NCBI GenBank assembly: GCA_963674745.2
Contig: CAXXDV010000003.1
Coordinates: 320,001 to 384,000, forward strand
Direction: 5' to 3'
DNA from: Desulfosudaceae bacterium
Lineage (GTDB): Bacteria; Desulfobacterota; Desulfobacteria; Desulfobacterales; Desulfosudaceae
DNA length: 64,000 nucleotides
Part shown: positions 47,962 through 57,827 of the stretch, one piece after another
Position numbering within the stretch: the stretch's first letter is position 1
Layout: each line of letters opens with the position of its first letter
Position numbers and translations under genes: made by a program
Notes under the pieces: generated by a model
Told to the model about the DNA's origin: nothing
Database searches by the model: none
Seen by the model: only the letters and a program-made list of their open reading frames with translations

Positions 47962-49326
47962 ATGAAAAATATTGTCTTAGCTATAGTTTTAATCATGTTG
48001 GTGTTTATGGCTTCATGTAACGATAAACATAGCAGCAATGATGAGCCTTCTGACATTTACGATTTGAATTGGAAACTTTCAATTATAGGCACTTCTGGAG
48101 AAAGTGTGGACACAATCATTACTGGCAGCACAGTAACCCTTATGCTGGAGATTATCAACGATACCCTTGAAGATATTGAGATTACATATGAGCATTGCAC
48201 CCCATATGATTTCCGTATTTACATGGGAGAAGAGTTGATTTGGGAATCGGATGCGGCAGATTGTTGGTATCTTGATAACGAGTGCATAGAAGCAGGAAGT
48301 AAACTTGTATTCACAGAAGAATTTACTGCTGTTCAATGGAATACTGACGAGCAACAATATTATGATTTACCCCCTGGGAAATATACCTTCCAGGCTAAAT
48401 TTTCAGGCACATCGGTGATTAACGCCGATTTAAACCTGACTATAGATGAGACGCTTGATTTTGATAATAATCCCAGCAGCAGTACAACTGAACCTAATTA
48501 CTCCAGCAATAGCACAGTTGACACCAATAACTCCGGCAGTAGCAAATTAAACACCTATATAGATCTTAGATATGCAGAATTTATGAATGAATCATATTAT
48601 TCAATAGCAGAAAATCTTGCTGGAATTTTAGGTGTTGCGCCAGTATTTTTTAATCAAAATCTTTTGGGTGATATTAGAGGTTCAGCACTTGGAGACAATA
48701 AATGGATTAAAGAAGGATATGAATATACTACCGCGAATGGCGCTTATATTACCGTTTGGGTGGATCATGATGATCAGCCGTATATTATAACATATCTTTT
48801 AAGACGTTTCGGGGCATTGGACGGTTTGTTATACGATCAGGATGAAGCTAATTCAAAAATTCAGACGGTATTAGAACAAATGGGAATACGGTTTGATGGG
48901 ACAGAGGATCTGAAATCAGGAGGACTTTCTTTTGGTGTTTTTCATATTAAATGGTACGAGATTAAATTTCAGCAAACATTTCAAAATGACTCTTTAGCAT
49001 ATCCCTACATTTATGCTGAAGTCGAAGGAAATACCGGAGAAATTAATTTTCTTAAAATTCACAGATGGTATTACAATTTAAGGGAAATAACTGCATTCTT
49101 ACCAGACGATAAATTAATAGAAATAGCAATTGATTATTATGAGTCGAGAGATGCGTATAGGTTTTTACGCGAAAATATAACATGTTATGGATATTATATA
49201 GTCAATGAAGTTTTGTGTAAAAAAGTGGGAAAAGCTAAAACTGGTCAATGGGGTTCTGAGGTATATGTATTTATAGATATTCAGAATGGAGAGATTGTAG
49301 ATACTGAAATAATTGCCTTCGGTTAG
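47962..49326 (+). CDS. Gene cassette 2: lipoprotein with a BsuPI-like Ig-fold N-terminal domain
   Basis: Lipobox MASC; YDFRIY..ELIW...LPPGKYTF pattern; Ser/Asn linker; AT-rich. Confidence 0.7.
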   Translation: MKNIVLAIVLIMLVFMASCNDKHSSNDEPSDIYDLNWKLSIIGTSGESVDTIITGSTVTLMLEIINDTLEDIEITYEHCTPYDFRIYMGEELIWESDAADCWYLDNECIEAGSKLVFTEEFTAVQWNTDEQQYYDLPPGKYTFQAKFSGTSVINADLNLTIDETLDFDNNPSSSTTEPNYSSNSTVDTNNSGSSKLNTYIDLRYAEFMNESYYSIAENLAGILGVAPVFFNQNLLGDIRGSALGDNKWIKEGYEYTTANGAYITVWVDHDDQPYIITYLLRRFGALDGLLYDQDEANSKIQTVLEQMGIRFDGTEDLKSGGLSFGVFHIKWYEIKFQQTFQNDSLAYPYIYAEVEGNTGEINFLKIHRWYYNLREITAFLPDDKLIEIAIDYYESRDAYRFLRENITCYGYYIVNEVLCKKVGKAKTGQWGSEVYVFIDIQNGEIVDTEIIAFG

Positions 49327-49452
49327 TTGAAAAATATTGTTTAATTATAAATTAACCCAAAACCCTTCTTTTTTTGAAGTGTATTTAAACGCTGATATTT
49401 ATAAAGCGAATATATTTACCGAAGGAATTGTGAAGGGGCGATGATTTATATT

Positions 49453-49510
49453 GCATAACAATTCTCTTCACCAGATCGCTTACAGCGCCTGGTGAGCGAA
49501 GACGTTATGA
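49453..49510 (+). mobile_element. Integron attC site 2 (58 bp)
   Basis: GCATAAC-AA-TTCTCTTCACCAG ... CTGGTGAGCGAA-GAC-GTTATGA. Confidence 0.88.
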
Positions 49511-49539
49511 AACCATATCAATGAAAGTAAGGTCCAGGT

Positions 49540-49887
49540 ATGAATAAATTACTATTTATTATCGCTGTCATTGTTTTAGGTTTTTTTGCATATCAAGAAT
49601 TTGTTGGGAAAAAATTAGAGCCTTTATATGAAAAACCGTATGTTATCTTGTATGGAAAGCCAACTTGCGGTTGGTGTAAGAAAATGGAAAATGATTTGGA
49701 AGCACGAGATATCCCATATGAATATGCAAACCTGAAAGAACAGGCAGCAAATGATGAACTGCATCCAAGAATGCAAAAGGCTGGATTAAGAATAAGCAGT
49801 TATAAATTACCTGTAATGGACATCAACGGAAAGCTTTATATACGTCCCGAAATAGAAATTGTTGCAAAAGCCTATCAGGACATTTGA
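49540..49887 (+). CDS. Gene cassette 3: membrane-anchored glutaredoxin-like protein
   Basis: N-terminal TM; YGKPTCGWC; LPVMDING cis-Pro motif. Confidence 0.85.
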   Translation: MNKLLFIIAVIVLGFFAYQEFVGKKLEPLYEKPYVILYGKPTCGWCKKMENDLEARDIPYEYANLKEQAANDELHPRMQKAGLRISSYKLPVMDINGKLYIRPEIEIVAKAYQDI

Positions 49888-49924
49888 AATTTATATGTTG
49901 TTGTTAAACAATGGTAAAAATATT

Positions 49925-50048
49925 TCTCAACAACGCCACCCACACGCACTGGCAGGGGTGCGCGGCCTTATTTTTGGCATAGTTTGGTGTTAAACACACT
50001 TTAGCGAAATCCGAAAATCCTGCTCGCCGGTGGCTGCCGCCGTTGAGT
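49925..50048 (+). mobile_element. Integron attC site 3 (imperfect)
   Basis: TCTCAAC ... GTTGAGT; internal similarity to attC1 (GCGGC.TT, GTT.GGTGTTAA, CTTTAG.GAAA, CC.TGCTC). Confidence 0.7.
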
Positions 50049-50065
50049 CGAGAAGAAAGGAAAAC

Positions 50066-51004
50066 ATGAAACATCTTGTATTGTTTCTTTGCCTGTTGAT
50101 GATGTTTGTGGGTTGCGGAAGGGATCACTTTCAAATTGTAAAACAAGACACCGTTGCGAATGGCGATGCTGTGCTTCTTCGTTGGAATATCCCCAAAGGC
50201 AAGGCCGTGGCCTTCAAGACAGCCATCTCTCCCGTTGATCCCTCAAAGGACAACGTGATGAAAATTAATCTCGAGAACATGTTTGACGGAATATCGGAAG
50301 ACGAATCACCTCCTGAAGAAATAACGAAGGCCCTCAACCGTGAACTCCGGTTGCCGAAAGACTACTCTGAGGTGACCATACTGCGAGGCAGGGACACGGA
50401 TACCATTTCTGTCGCGATGATTTCGGGGGATTTTAATCCGCCTGAACCGGCTGAAGGCATCGCCGATGAAGCCTATCAAAAAATTATTGCTCAGATGGAG
50501 GGTTCCGTCCAGTTGCGTGGGGATATCACGCCCAGTGGATCAATTCGGACATTTTATCTCGAGTCCAGGCAAAAGAATCTACTGTCAATGTTTTTTGAAT
50601 TGCCCCAATCGCCTGTCCGAATTGGAGACTCCTGGGAGCTGGATGTCAATTTTGTTTCGATGGGACATGGCTTTATTTGTGATTCGGCAAAACGGGTCAA
50701 CCGGGTCACGCTGGTGTCTTTAGAGCCAACTGATTTTCAAGATCAAATCGCTACACTTGAATACACCCTTTCTGAAAGTGTCAAAGGGAAGTTTTCTGTT
50801 CCAATGTTGGGAGAGGATAAGCCGACAAACATGTCGTTCAGTTTCATTGGCAAGGGAGAGTTTCTCGTCCGAAAAGGCATTTGGAAGAGTTTTGTAGGAC
50901 GGATGGAAATGAAGGGAACCGGAATGATGACTGCAGACGTACAGCAGGTGTTTGCCATGGAGCCGATGAAAAAAATCCCAAAGGAATATCTGAAATTAAA
51001 GTAG
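50066..51004 (+). CDS. Gene cassette 4: hypothetical lipoprotein
   Basis: Lipobox FVGC; starts 17 bp after attC3; LP..PVRIGDSW motif. Confidence 0.75.
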   Translation: MKHLVLFLCLLMMFVGCGRDHFQIVKQDTVANGDAVLLRWNIPKGKAVAFKTAISPVDPSKDNVMKINLENMFDGISEDESPPEEITKALNRELRLPKDYSEVTILRGRDTDTISVAMISGDFNPPEPAEGIADEAYQKIIAQMEGSVQLRGDITPSGSIRTFYLESRQKNLLSMFFELPQSPVRIGDSWELDVNFVSMGHGFICDSAKRVNRVTLVSLEPTDFQDQIATLEYTLSESVKGKFSVPMLGEDKPTNMSFSFIGKGEFLVRKGIWKSFVGRMEMKGTGMMTADVQQVFAMEPMKKIPKEYLKLK

Positions 51005-51110
51005 AGAAATTCAGGAAGGGGGAGGGGGGCAGCAAACAACTTTAAAATAAACGGTGGAATCCCAGGCCCCCTCTGGCTGCCGCCGTACTACCGGCTGACA
51101 GAGAAACGTA

Positions 51111-51476
51111 ATGAGAAGATGGGTTCTCCTTGGCTTGTCCGTAATGCTTTTGACTGCTTGTGCTCCGGCCCGCAGGACGCCGGACACGATGTTCGACCAT
51201 CAAACGATGGTGGAGATGCTTGATCGAATCAGTCTGACGGCGCCACCCGATCCGAGCAGCAACAGCGCATGTGCGGAGCCGATTCACATGGCGCTAACTA
51301 TTAGCGACGGCGTACACATGGGAACATGTTGTGCCGACGGTCTCGTGTGGTCGTATCGTTCGGATAGAGGCTGGTACCAGCCGACTAAAGCAGAAATGGT
51401 AATCTGGCACAGGGCTCGCACCGTGGGTATGCAAAACCCATGTGAAGTTGAGGCGCGGACCGAACAAACAAACTGA
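51111..51476 (+). CDS. Small Cys-rich lipoprotein (possible cassette 5)
   Basis: Lipobox LTAC; preceded by TGGCTGCCGCCGT, identical to the attC3 right arm. Confidence 0.55.
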   Translation: MRRWVLLGLSVMLLTACAPARRTPDTMFDHQTMVEMLDRISLTAPPDPSSNSACAEPIHMALTISDGVHMGTCCADGLVWSYRSDRGWYQPTKAEMVIWHRARTVGMQNPCEVEARTEQTN

Positions 51477-51651
51477 TATCTATGGACGAATTTCGGGGGC
51501 AGTATATCCATTTATCATTGTGCAAAATATAAGCACACTGTTCTCAAATTTCGGATTTTTCAGGGTTTCGGGTTATACACAATTCGCTGAGTACCTCTTC
51601 CGGAACTGCGATTGGTTGTGTTTTGATTTTTATCTTTTTTTATAGAGAGAA

Positions 51652-51671
51652 TTTCTGTTATATAACAGAAA
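51652..51671. promoter_or_regulatory. Perfect 20-bp palindrome, candidate operator
   Basis: TTTCTGTTATATAACAGAAA upstream of the TlpA-like operon. Confidence 0.5.
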
Positions 51672-51743
51672 AGGTGTAATCGACTTGCGAAAAGAATAAA
51701 TACCTGTGGGTGGAGAGGGCATTATTCAACAAGGGGAGATGCG

Positions 51744-52328
51744 GTGAGACAAAGCAGATTCATCAGGGTGCTTATAGTGGTATCGGCGGTTTTTGCCTTT
51801 CTGGGAAGTATGGTCTGTCTGCCGGCAAAGGCTGAAACAAAACCCGGTGCGGTGGCCGAAGGTAATATCCTGCCGAAATTTAAACTCGATACACCGACTG
51901 ACCCGGAGATAAAACAGTATCTGGGGGTCGACGGGGAAAGGGATTTTACCCTGGATCAGCTTCCTTCCAGGCTGATTGTTGTTGAGGCGTTCAGCGTTAT
52001 GTGCCCGGCCTGTCACCAGAACGCGCCCAAGGTTAACCAGCTGTATAATATTATTTCAGGTGATGCGGAATTAAAATCAGATATTGTGATGATCGGCATC
52101 GCCCTGGATAATGAGGAAAAACTGGTCAGCGCCTTTCAGAAAAAATTTAAGGTGAAATTTCCATTATTCCCGGATCCGGACGGTAAAATTGATAATGCCC
52201 TGACAGGTGTATCAACCCCCACTTTAATGATTATGGACAACACCTGCAAAGTGCTTTTTGTCCATGGCGGGATTATCGATGATATGGATTATATCCTGAC
52301 GGTTATACGTTCTCTAAAGGAGAGCTGA
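51744..52328 (+). CDS. Exported TlpA/ResA-like thioredoxin-fold protein
   Basis: Signal peptide; CPAC; FPLFPDP; STP cis-Pro. Confidence 0.85.
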   Translation: MRQSRFIRVLIVVSAVFAFLGSMVCLPAKAETKPGAVAEGNILPKFKLDTPTDPEIKQYLGVDGERDFTLDQLPSRLIVVEAFSVMCPACHQNAPKVNQLYNIISGDAELKSDIVMIGIALDNEEKLVSAFQKKFKVKFPLFPDPDGKIDNALTGVSTPTLMIMDNTCKVLFVHGGIIDDMDYILTVIRSLKES

Positions 52329-52372
52329 AAAACGTTTATACGTTTCTTGTCCCATTCTGTTAGAAGGCGTCG

Positions 52373-53269
52373 ATGCAGAGCGATATAGAAAAAATTGACC
52401 ATCCGGTTTTAAAAAACCTGCCACCGGCGATTAAAGCTGAAATCGCGAAAATGGCTCAAGAAAAATACGTATCCGCCGGCCAGACTGTTTTTGTCCAGGG
52501 AGATCCGGGCGACAGTTTTTTTATGGTCAAAGCGGGATCGCTTCGCGTATTCAGGCGGATGGATGAGATCGAAACCGAGCTTTCAGTGCTCGGTCCCGGC
52601 GACAGCTTCGGCGAAATGGCCCTGCTGACAGGCGCACCACGTTCGGCCAGCGTTGAGGCGTTAAGCGATACCCGCCTGATTACACTTTCAAAAGAACAGT
52701 TTGACAATATCCTGAAAAATTACCCGGAAGTTTCATTAACGCTGATCCGGCAGATGTCCGTCTGGCTGACCGACAATGACCGGATGCTCGAGCAGAAGCA
52801 CAAAACCCAGTATCGTCATCCAAAGTTGTCTCTGTTCGATTTTTTCTTTATCATTTTCTTAAGCTGCTTTTGTGCGATTGTTTTTAATCATACCAATCCG
52901 AACGGAATCACGCTTTTCCCTAAAACCGAACTGAATGGTCATATCGGTTTTATCTCTCCGTCGGCGGCGGTCCGGGAACTGGAAAACGGGGATGCATTGT
53001 TTGTCGATGCCATGCCGTCGAATTTTTTTGATCAGGAACATATTGCCGGAGCGCTCAATATACCGTTGTCCTTTTTTGATATCATGTATTTGATGAATTT
53101 AAGCGACGTCGATAAATCCCGAATGGTTATCGTTTACGGCCGAACCATCAGCAGGTATTATGACGTGGCTGTGGCCAACAAGCTGTATCTGCAGGGGCAC
53201 AAAAATATTAAGCTTCTGGAAGGCGGACTGCCTGCCTGGAAGGATGGGGGGTATCCGCTGGAGCCATGA
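52373..53269 (+). CDS. cNMP-binding domain - TM - rhodanese-like fusion protein
   Basis: FGEMALL..PRSASV; TM segment; FVDA..HIAGALNIP..LEGGLPAW. Confidence 0.85.
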   Translation: MQSDIEKIDHPVLKNLPPAIKAEIAKMAQEKYVSAGQTVFVQGDPGDSFFMVKAGSLRVFRRMDEIETELSVLGPGDSFGEMALLTGAPRSASVEALSDTRLITLSKEQFDNILKNYPEVSLTLIRQMSVWLTDNDRMLEQKHKTQYRHPKLSLFDFFFIIFLSCFCAIVFNHTNPNGITLFPKTELNGHIGFISPSAAVRELENGDALFVDAMPSNFFDQEHIAGALNIPLSFFDIMYLMNLSDVDKSRMVIVYGRTISRYYDVAVANKLYLQGHKNIKLLEGGLPAWKDGGYPLEP

Positions 53270-53727
53270 AACCTTTCCTGCAATTTATCAAAGACGTGAT
53301 CACCAGCGAGTACCTGTCGTTTATTTTACGGATATATGTCGGTGTTGTGTTTATTTATGCCAGCATGAGTAAAATTCCCTATCCGGCCCAATTCGCGGAA
53401 TCGGTGGCCGCGTATCAGATTGTGCCTTATTGGGGGATCAATCTGGGGGCGGTGATTTTACCCTGGCTGGAGTTGTTCTGTGGAATCTGTCTGATCATCG
53501 GTTTGAGGACACGAGTGGTTGCTGGTATCACCGGCGGTCTGCTGCTGATGTTCATTGTTTTCATTCTTATTAATATGTCCCGGGGGGTAGAGATCGGTTG
53601 CGGCTGTTTTGATACCACCGGTGAAATCATCGGCTGGAAGAAAGTCATTGAAGATACGATCTGGTTTTTTATGGCCGTACAGATATTTTTATATGACCGA
53701 AGGCTCGTATTTAGAAATCGATTATGA
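53266..53727 (+). CDS. MauE/DoxX family membrane protein
   Basis: LPWLE..G and CGCF motifs. Confidence 0.88.
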   Translation: MKPFLQFIKDVITSEYLSFILRIYVGVVFIYASMSKIPYPAQFAESVAAYQIVPYWGINLGAVILPWLELFCGICLIIGLRTRVVAGITGGLLLMFIVFILINMSRGVEIGCGCFDTTGEIIGWKKVIEDTIWFFMAVQIFLYDRRLVFRNRL

Positions 53728-53775
53728 AGATATGCCAGGCCGTTTCTGTCAGAATCCTGAACTGGGAGAATAAAA

Positions 53776-54135
53776 GTGAAGTCAACAATTATCATTTCTG
53801 TTTTTTTGCTGCTCATCGGTTTACTTGTACTGGGTTGTCCGGCGTGTAGTTCCAAAGATGATTATATCGGTACATATACCGCGGTTGATGACGATGGCCC
53901 GACGCATAAAGAAAATATCATCGTGCTGAAGGAATCCGGTCAGGGCACCTGGAAATGCTGTGGTGAAGAATCAGATCATGAGGTTTCTTTCTCCTGGACC
54001 ATCAAAGGCAAAGAAATGAGAATTTATACCAAAGGCGGTGGCGTTATGACCGGCGAACTGAGGAAGCATTCTTTTGTTATGCGTCTTCCGGAAAGAAAAA
54101 CGCTTACTTTTCATAAAACCGGTGATGTCGAATGA
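53776..54135 (+). CDS. Hypothetical lipoprotein
   Basis: Hydrophobic N-terminus with Cys; GGAG RBS. Confidence 0.6.
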   Translation: MKSTIIISVFLLLIGLLVLGCPACSSKDDYIGTYTAVDDDGPTHKENIIVLKESGQGTWKCCGEESDHEVSFSWTIKGKEMRIYTKGGGVMTGELRKHSFVMRLPERKTLTFHKTGDVE

Positions 54136-54240
54136 CTTGTAATCGGGGGCCAGGCAACTTCATGGAACCATAAAAGGCCGGGCGGGCAGAATGCTTGAAG
54201 CCCTTTTTCGGCAAGATCTCCAGGCGGGGGGGACAGCACG

Positions 54241-54480
54241 ATGAATGAACATCCTTTTGATAAGAATGACAGGGCGCAGGCGTTAATGGCGAAGGCGAAC
54301 AATCTGGATGAATTAAAGACGATTATCAAGCGGAATAAGATTGTACTGCAAGGCGGAAGCCAACCCTTTAACGCACACATGCTAATCCTGGCAATTGACC
54401 GTTATCTGGAGGATGGGGATACGCGTCATTTAACAACTGCCGGAAATTTTCGATCTACGGTGGACAGGTTAAAGCCGTAA
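54241..54480 (+). CDS. Hypothetical protein
   Basis: 79-aa ORF with plausible helical composition, convergent with the next gene. Confidence 0.5.
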   Translation: MNEHPFDKNDRAQALMAKANNLDELKTIIKRNKIVLQGGSQPFNAHMLILAIDRYLEDGDTRHLTTAGNFRSTVDRLKP

Positions 54481-55284
54481 TCAAGCCCTGTGACGCCGGA
54501 CGATCTTCTCAAACATCAATACCAGCCCCTCGTTCATTGTATAGTTGGATTCAATATCAAGGTTCTCATCGGAGGCGGCATCAAAATAGATGTGAAGACT
54601 TGATTCAAGGCCTTCTTCCGGTTCCCAGTAGCAGACCATGATGGGGAACAGGGGCAGGGGATGCAGGACAATTGAAACATCCGAATCGATATGGCTGTCA
54701 ATCTTCTTTCCATCAAAAATATCCAGCATGTCCTTAAACAGGTCGGTATAGGAGTCCGCCAGTTGTTTTAACGGTTTTTCACATCGTTGTTGAAAATGGG
54801 CATACCGTTCAGGTCCGCCGGCGAGTTCCCGGAATGTGATCCAATTGCCCCGGGGCGGTATCCCCGCCCCGTTTAAGATGTAGTTCAATGCCGGCACAAC
54901 CATATAGGCATTGATATGCACCTCGGACGACAAATTGCCCTGCATGTCAACACTGAAATCCTTGCCGAAAATTTTTATGGTCAGTTTATTGTCGGCAAAC
55001 CGGGCGCCCAGGCGTTTGGCCGCCGCAGAAAGATCAATCAAAGAAACCTCGTGCTTCAGTGTTTCAATGGCCTCCAGCTTGTATTCATCAACGGTATTGG
55101 GCTTTTCAACCGTGCCCCCATACCGCTCAATCACCTCCCGGTCCAGATGCGGGCATACATCTATGGGTTTTTTCCCTTTGAACACGGCCACGGCAAATGC
55201 CATGCAGGTCTGTTCATTACAGTCCCTGCAGTTGGAACCATTCAACAACTTATATATTTCCATTGGATTATTGATATGTGACAT
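54481..55284 (-). CDS. Fe-S (AcsC N-terminal-like) domain plus DUF3786 protein
   Basis: IYKLL..NCRDCNEQTCMAFA...CPHL; WITFREL.GG..F. Confidence 0.85.
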   Translation of the reverse strand: MSHINNPMEIYKLLNGSNCRDCNEQTCMAFAVAVFKGKKPIDVCPHLDREVIERYGGTVEKPNTVDEYKLEAIETLKHEVSLIDLSAAAKRLGARFADNKLTIKIFGKDFSVDMQGNLSSEVHINAYMVVPALNYILNGAGIPPRGNWITFRELAGGPERYAHFQQRCEKPLKQLADSYTDLFKDMLDIFDGKKIDSHIDSDVSIVLHPLPLFPIMVCYWEPEEGLESSLHIYFDAASDENLDIESNYTMNEGLVLMFEKIVRRHRA

Positions 55285-55524
55285 TCAGAAATAGTCCTTT
55301 TCTTTTGGCTCTAAACAGGGCTCTTACGAAGCCATTAAGATTGATGTAGCAGTTTTTAAATCCCAGCGCAACAACCCGGACGCTGGTATTCTCTGAAAAG
55401 CGCAAGATGCGTGCTATGTAGCCCCCCCCCCCCCCCTGTGGGTACCCTTTCATCAAATATTCGGGTTGGCCTTTATCTCCTCAAATGCGCTCAAATTCGT
55501 CGCCGGGTCGAAGCGATAATGTTG

Positions 55525-55719
55525 CGGAGTTACCCACGAAAAGTAGACACCCCATTCAATTAGGTTTATATACCTAAAAGGAGGTGTCCAATGGCTAAAA
55601 AGAAAACAATATATTCAGAGTTTTATCGGAGAGAGGCGGTCCGGTTAGCCGATTTACCGGACCGGACAGCCGCTGACGTGGCCAGGGAGCTGGGGAAAAT
55701 TGAAATTTTAAAACCATAA
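55525..55719 (+). mobile_element. IS3-family remnant (left IR and truncated orfA)
   Basis: IR-like GGAGTTACCCACGAAAAGTAGACAC; GGAGG RBS; 55591-55719 encodes MAKKKTIYSEFYRREAVRLA...AADVARELG (HTH) then stops. Confidence 0.78.
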
Positions 55720-55839
55720 TCAAGGCGGAGTTAGCCCAGGTCGCCCTTGGCTGAAGACGTTGTGGCTTTTAAATAAACAGTTGATTGTACCTAATATTGT
55801 ATGTTATTTTGTACAAAATAAACACAAAAGAGGTGCAAA

Positions 55840-56121
55840 ATGCAAAAGTTTAAAATCGATCAAGACATCAGATCAATGTCGGAAGTCAGAAATGCCATGG
55901 CTTCTTACATCAAACAAGTCCATGACACCAAACGTCCGGTTATAATTACGCAGCATGGCAAAGGCGTAGCTGTACTTTTGGGTGCGAATGAATTTGAAGC
56001 CATGCAAGAAAAGATTGATCTTCTTTCAGACATCCAAACCTCTCTCAACCAACTGGCAAAAGGAGAAGGGATTCCCCACCAAAAGGCAAAAGCCAAATTA
56101 TTGAAGAGAGTCCCCAGATGA
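55840..56121 (+). CDS. Phd/YefM family antitoxin
   Basis: PVIITQHGKGVAVLL motif. Confidence 0.92.
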   Translation: MQKFKIDQDIRSMSEVRNAMASYIKQVHDTKRPVIITQHGKGVAVLLGANEFEAMQEKIDLLSDIQTSLNQLAKGEGIPHQKAKAKLLKRVPR

Positions 56122-56414
56122 AAATCGTATGGTCTCCCCTTGCTGTTGAAAGAGCCTCAGAAATAGTTGATTACATTTCACAAGATAAGCCTTTGGCAGC
56201 AGACAATTGGATTAATTCTGTGTTTACAAAGGTTGACCAGCTCAAAGCTAATCCAGAAATTGGACGGATCGTCCCTGAAATTAATGAACGTCAATTCAGG
56301 GAATTAATTTACGGAAATTATCGGATCATTTATTACATCGGAACAAAACAAATATCCATACTTACTATTCGACATGGGAAACAGATATTGCCAATAGATG
56401 AAATTAAGGCATAG
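56118..56414 (+). CDS. RelE/ParE family toxin
   Basis: MKIVWSPLA..YI..D.P.AA; GRIVPE..RELIYGNYRIIY..IRH; ATGA overlap with antitoxin. Confidence 0.92.
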   Translation: MKIVWSPLAVERASEIVDYISQDKPLAADNWINSVFTKVDQLKANPEIGRIVPEINERQFRELIYGNYRIIYYIGTKQISILTIRHGKQILPIDEIKA

Positions 56415-56468
56415 CCAGGCCATTCAGCAGACCGCAAAAACCACGGCTGCTGATGCCCGCCGTTCTTA
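56409..56468 (+). mobile_element. Degenerate attC closing the toxin-antitoxin cassette
   Basis: GCATAGC (AAC changed to AGC) ... CATTCAGCAGACCG / CGGCTGCTGATG ... GCC-GTT; 60 bp. Confidence 0.6.
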
Positions 56469-56578
56469 TAAATGTATGTATGGATAAGGGGAGACCTTAA
56501 TGGCTTATCAACGGCTCATGATTAGCACATTGAAAATTATGAGCTACACGTTACGAGGTGGCATAAAAGGAAGACGTT

Positions 56579-57643
56579 ATGCCTAGAAAGATAGATATTG
56601 TCGGGGCAGGATTGGCGGGACTGGTTGCGGGCATCAACCTTGCCAGTCAGGGCTTCAAGGTGACAATTCACGAGGCGAAGAACGATATCGGGGGAGATAT
56701 ATCCTTTGCCGATGCCACCCTGATGTATCCACTAGTGCTGGAAAGGGAGCTTGGAATCAGCATCCGCGAAGCGCTCGAGCCCTGGAAGTCCGCCCGGATT
56801 CTGGCTTATGGAAAGAGATTCGAGTTTGCCCTGCCTCACCTGACCGAGGCCTATACCATGGAGAGGGGAACGGGAGAACGCTCTCTGGAGAATGTCCTTT
56901 ACAGGCAGGCGCTGGAGAAAGGGGTAGAGGTGATCCCGGGCAGGAAACTTTCCATGAAGGAAATATCGGAAATGCCGGCAGGAACCATCGTTGCAACAGG
57001 TTTGAACAAGAACTCCTTCGAGCTGTTCAATATCCCCCATAGACCCTTCTACGGACACATGGCCACCGGCAGCAGCGATCCTTCCCGTCCCCAGGTAATT
57101 GTATCTTTCGACCGGTTCACCCGGGAGTACGGTTATTATGCCCAGTGTGGTAAATCGTCGGTTGCTTTGGTTTTCAGAATGGACCGGCCTCTGCTGGATG
57201 AGGAAAAGGCTGCCTTCCGTAAACAGCTTGCAGAAGATAACGGTATCGAAATGGACGGCTGGAATGACGATATTTCCGGATGGGCAGCCTGGCCGTTAAA
57301 GGTCTGGAACAATATGAACCTGTCAAGGGAGGGAAAGATATTAGCCGGTACCTTGGCAGGAGTTGTAAGTCCGGTACTTAACTTCGGTGTGAACGGGGCC
57401 TTGGTATCCGGACGGATAGCCGCCATGGCGGTCACTGACCAAAATGCTGCCCGGCGGGAGTTCAGTCGGCTTGCCCCTCTTTATCTGCCCCAGTTCATCT
57501 TCCGAAGATTCCGGGAGTACGCTCCGATATCCCTTCTGAAACTGGGAACCTGGGCGATCCTTTCAACCTATAGCCCCAGAAGCTTCCATCATTTGCTGTC
57601 TTTCGCGCTCTGGCCACCCGGCCTGAAACTAAGAAGGGGATAG
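56579..57643 (+). CDS. FAD/NAD(P)-dependent oxidoreductase (geranylgeranyl reductase-like)
   Basis: IVGAGLAG Rossmann motif; LAG.LAG.VSP..FGV.GALVSG..AA. Confidence 0.75.
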   Translation: MPRKIDIVGAGLAGLVAGINLASQGFKVTIHEAKNDIGGDISFADATLMYPLVLERELGISIREALEPWKSARILAYGKRFEFALPHLTEAYTMERGTGERSLENVLYRQALEKGVEVIPGRKLSMKEISEMPAGTIVATGLNKNSFELFNIPHRPFYGHMATGSSDPSRPQVIVSFDRFTREYGYYAQCGKSSVALVFRMDRPLLDEEKAAFRKQLAEDNGIEMDGWNDDISGWAAWPLKVWNNMNLSREGKILAGTLAGVVSPVLNFGVNGALVSGRIAAMAVTDQNAARREFSRLAPLYLPQFIFRRFREYAPISLLKLGTWAILSTYSPRSFHHLLSFALWPPGLKLRRG

Positions 57644-57827
57644 AATGTGATCTCAACTATAGTCATGTTGGTAATTATTGTTTGGATGTTGATTGCAAAG
57701 ATGCCAACCATTTATTTGTGTCGGTTTGGGTTGTCGGTCCGAGGTCTGTTGATAAAAACAGGCAAAAGCATATATTATGAACATGAAACATACGGGCTAA
57801 CCGCAGACATTTTTAAAAAGGAGAATT

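Noticed and set aside
51655..51668. LexA box
   Set aside because: Spacing is CTGT-N6-ACAG rather than N8
55422..55436. C15 tract as a phase-variation switch
   Set aside because: Intergenic and inside a degenerate REP; may also be a homopolymer sequencing error
56560..56582. GAAGACGTTATGC as another attC end
   Set aside because: Matches the attC2 right end, but no paired left arm or AAC inverse core at a suitable distance
57702..57754. TGCCAAC...GTTGATA as an attC before the 57828 ORF
   Set aside because: Inner arms do not pair convincingly
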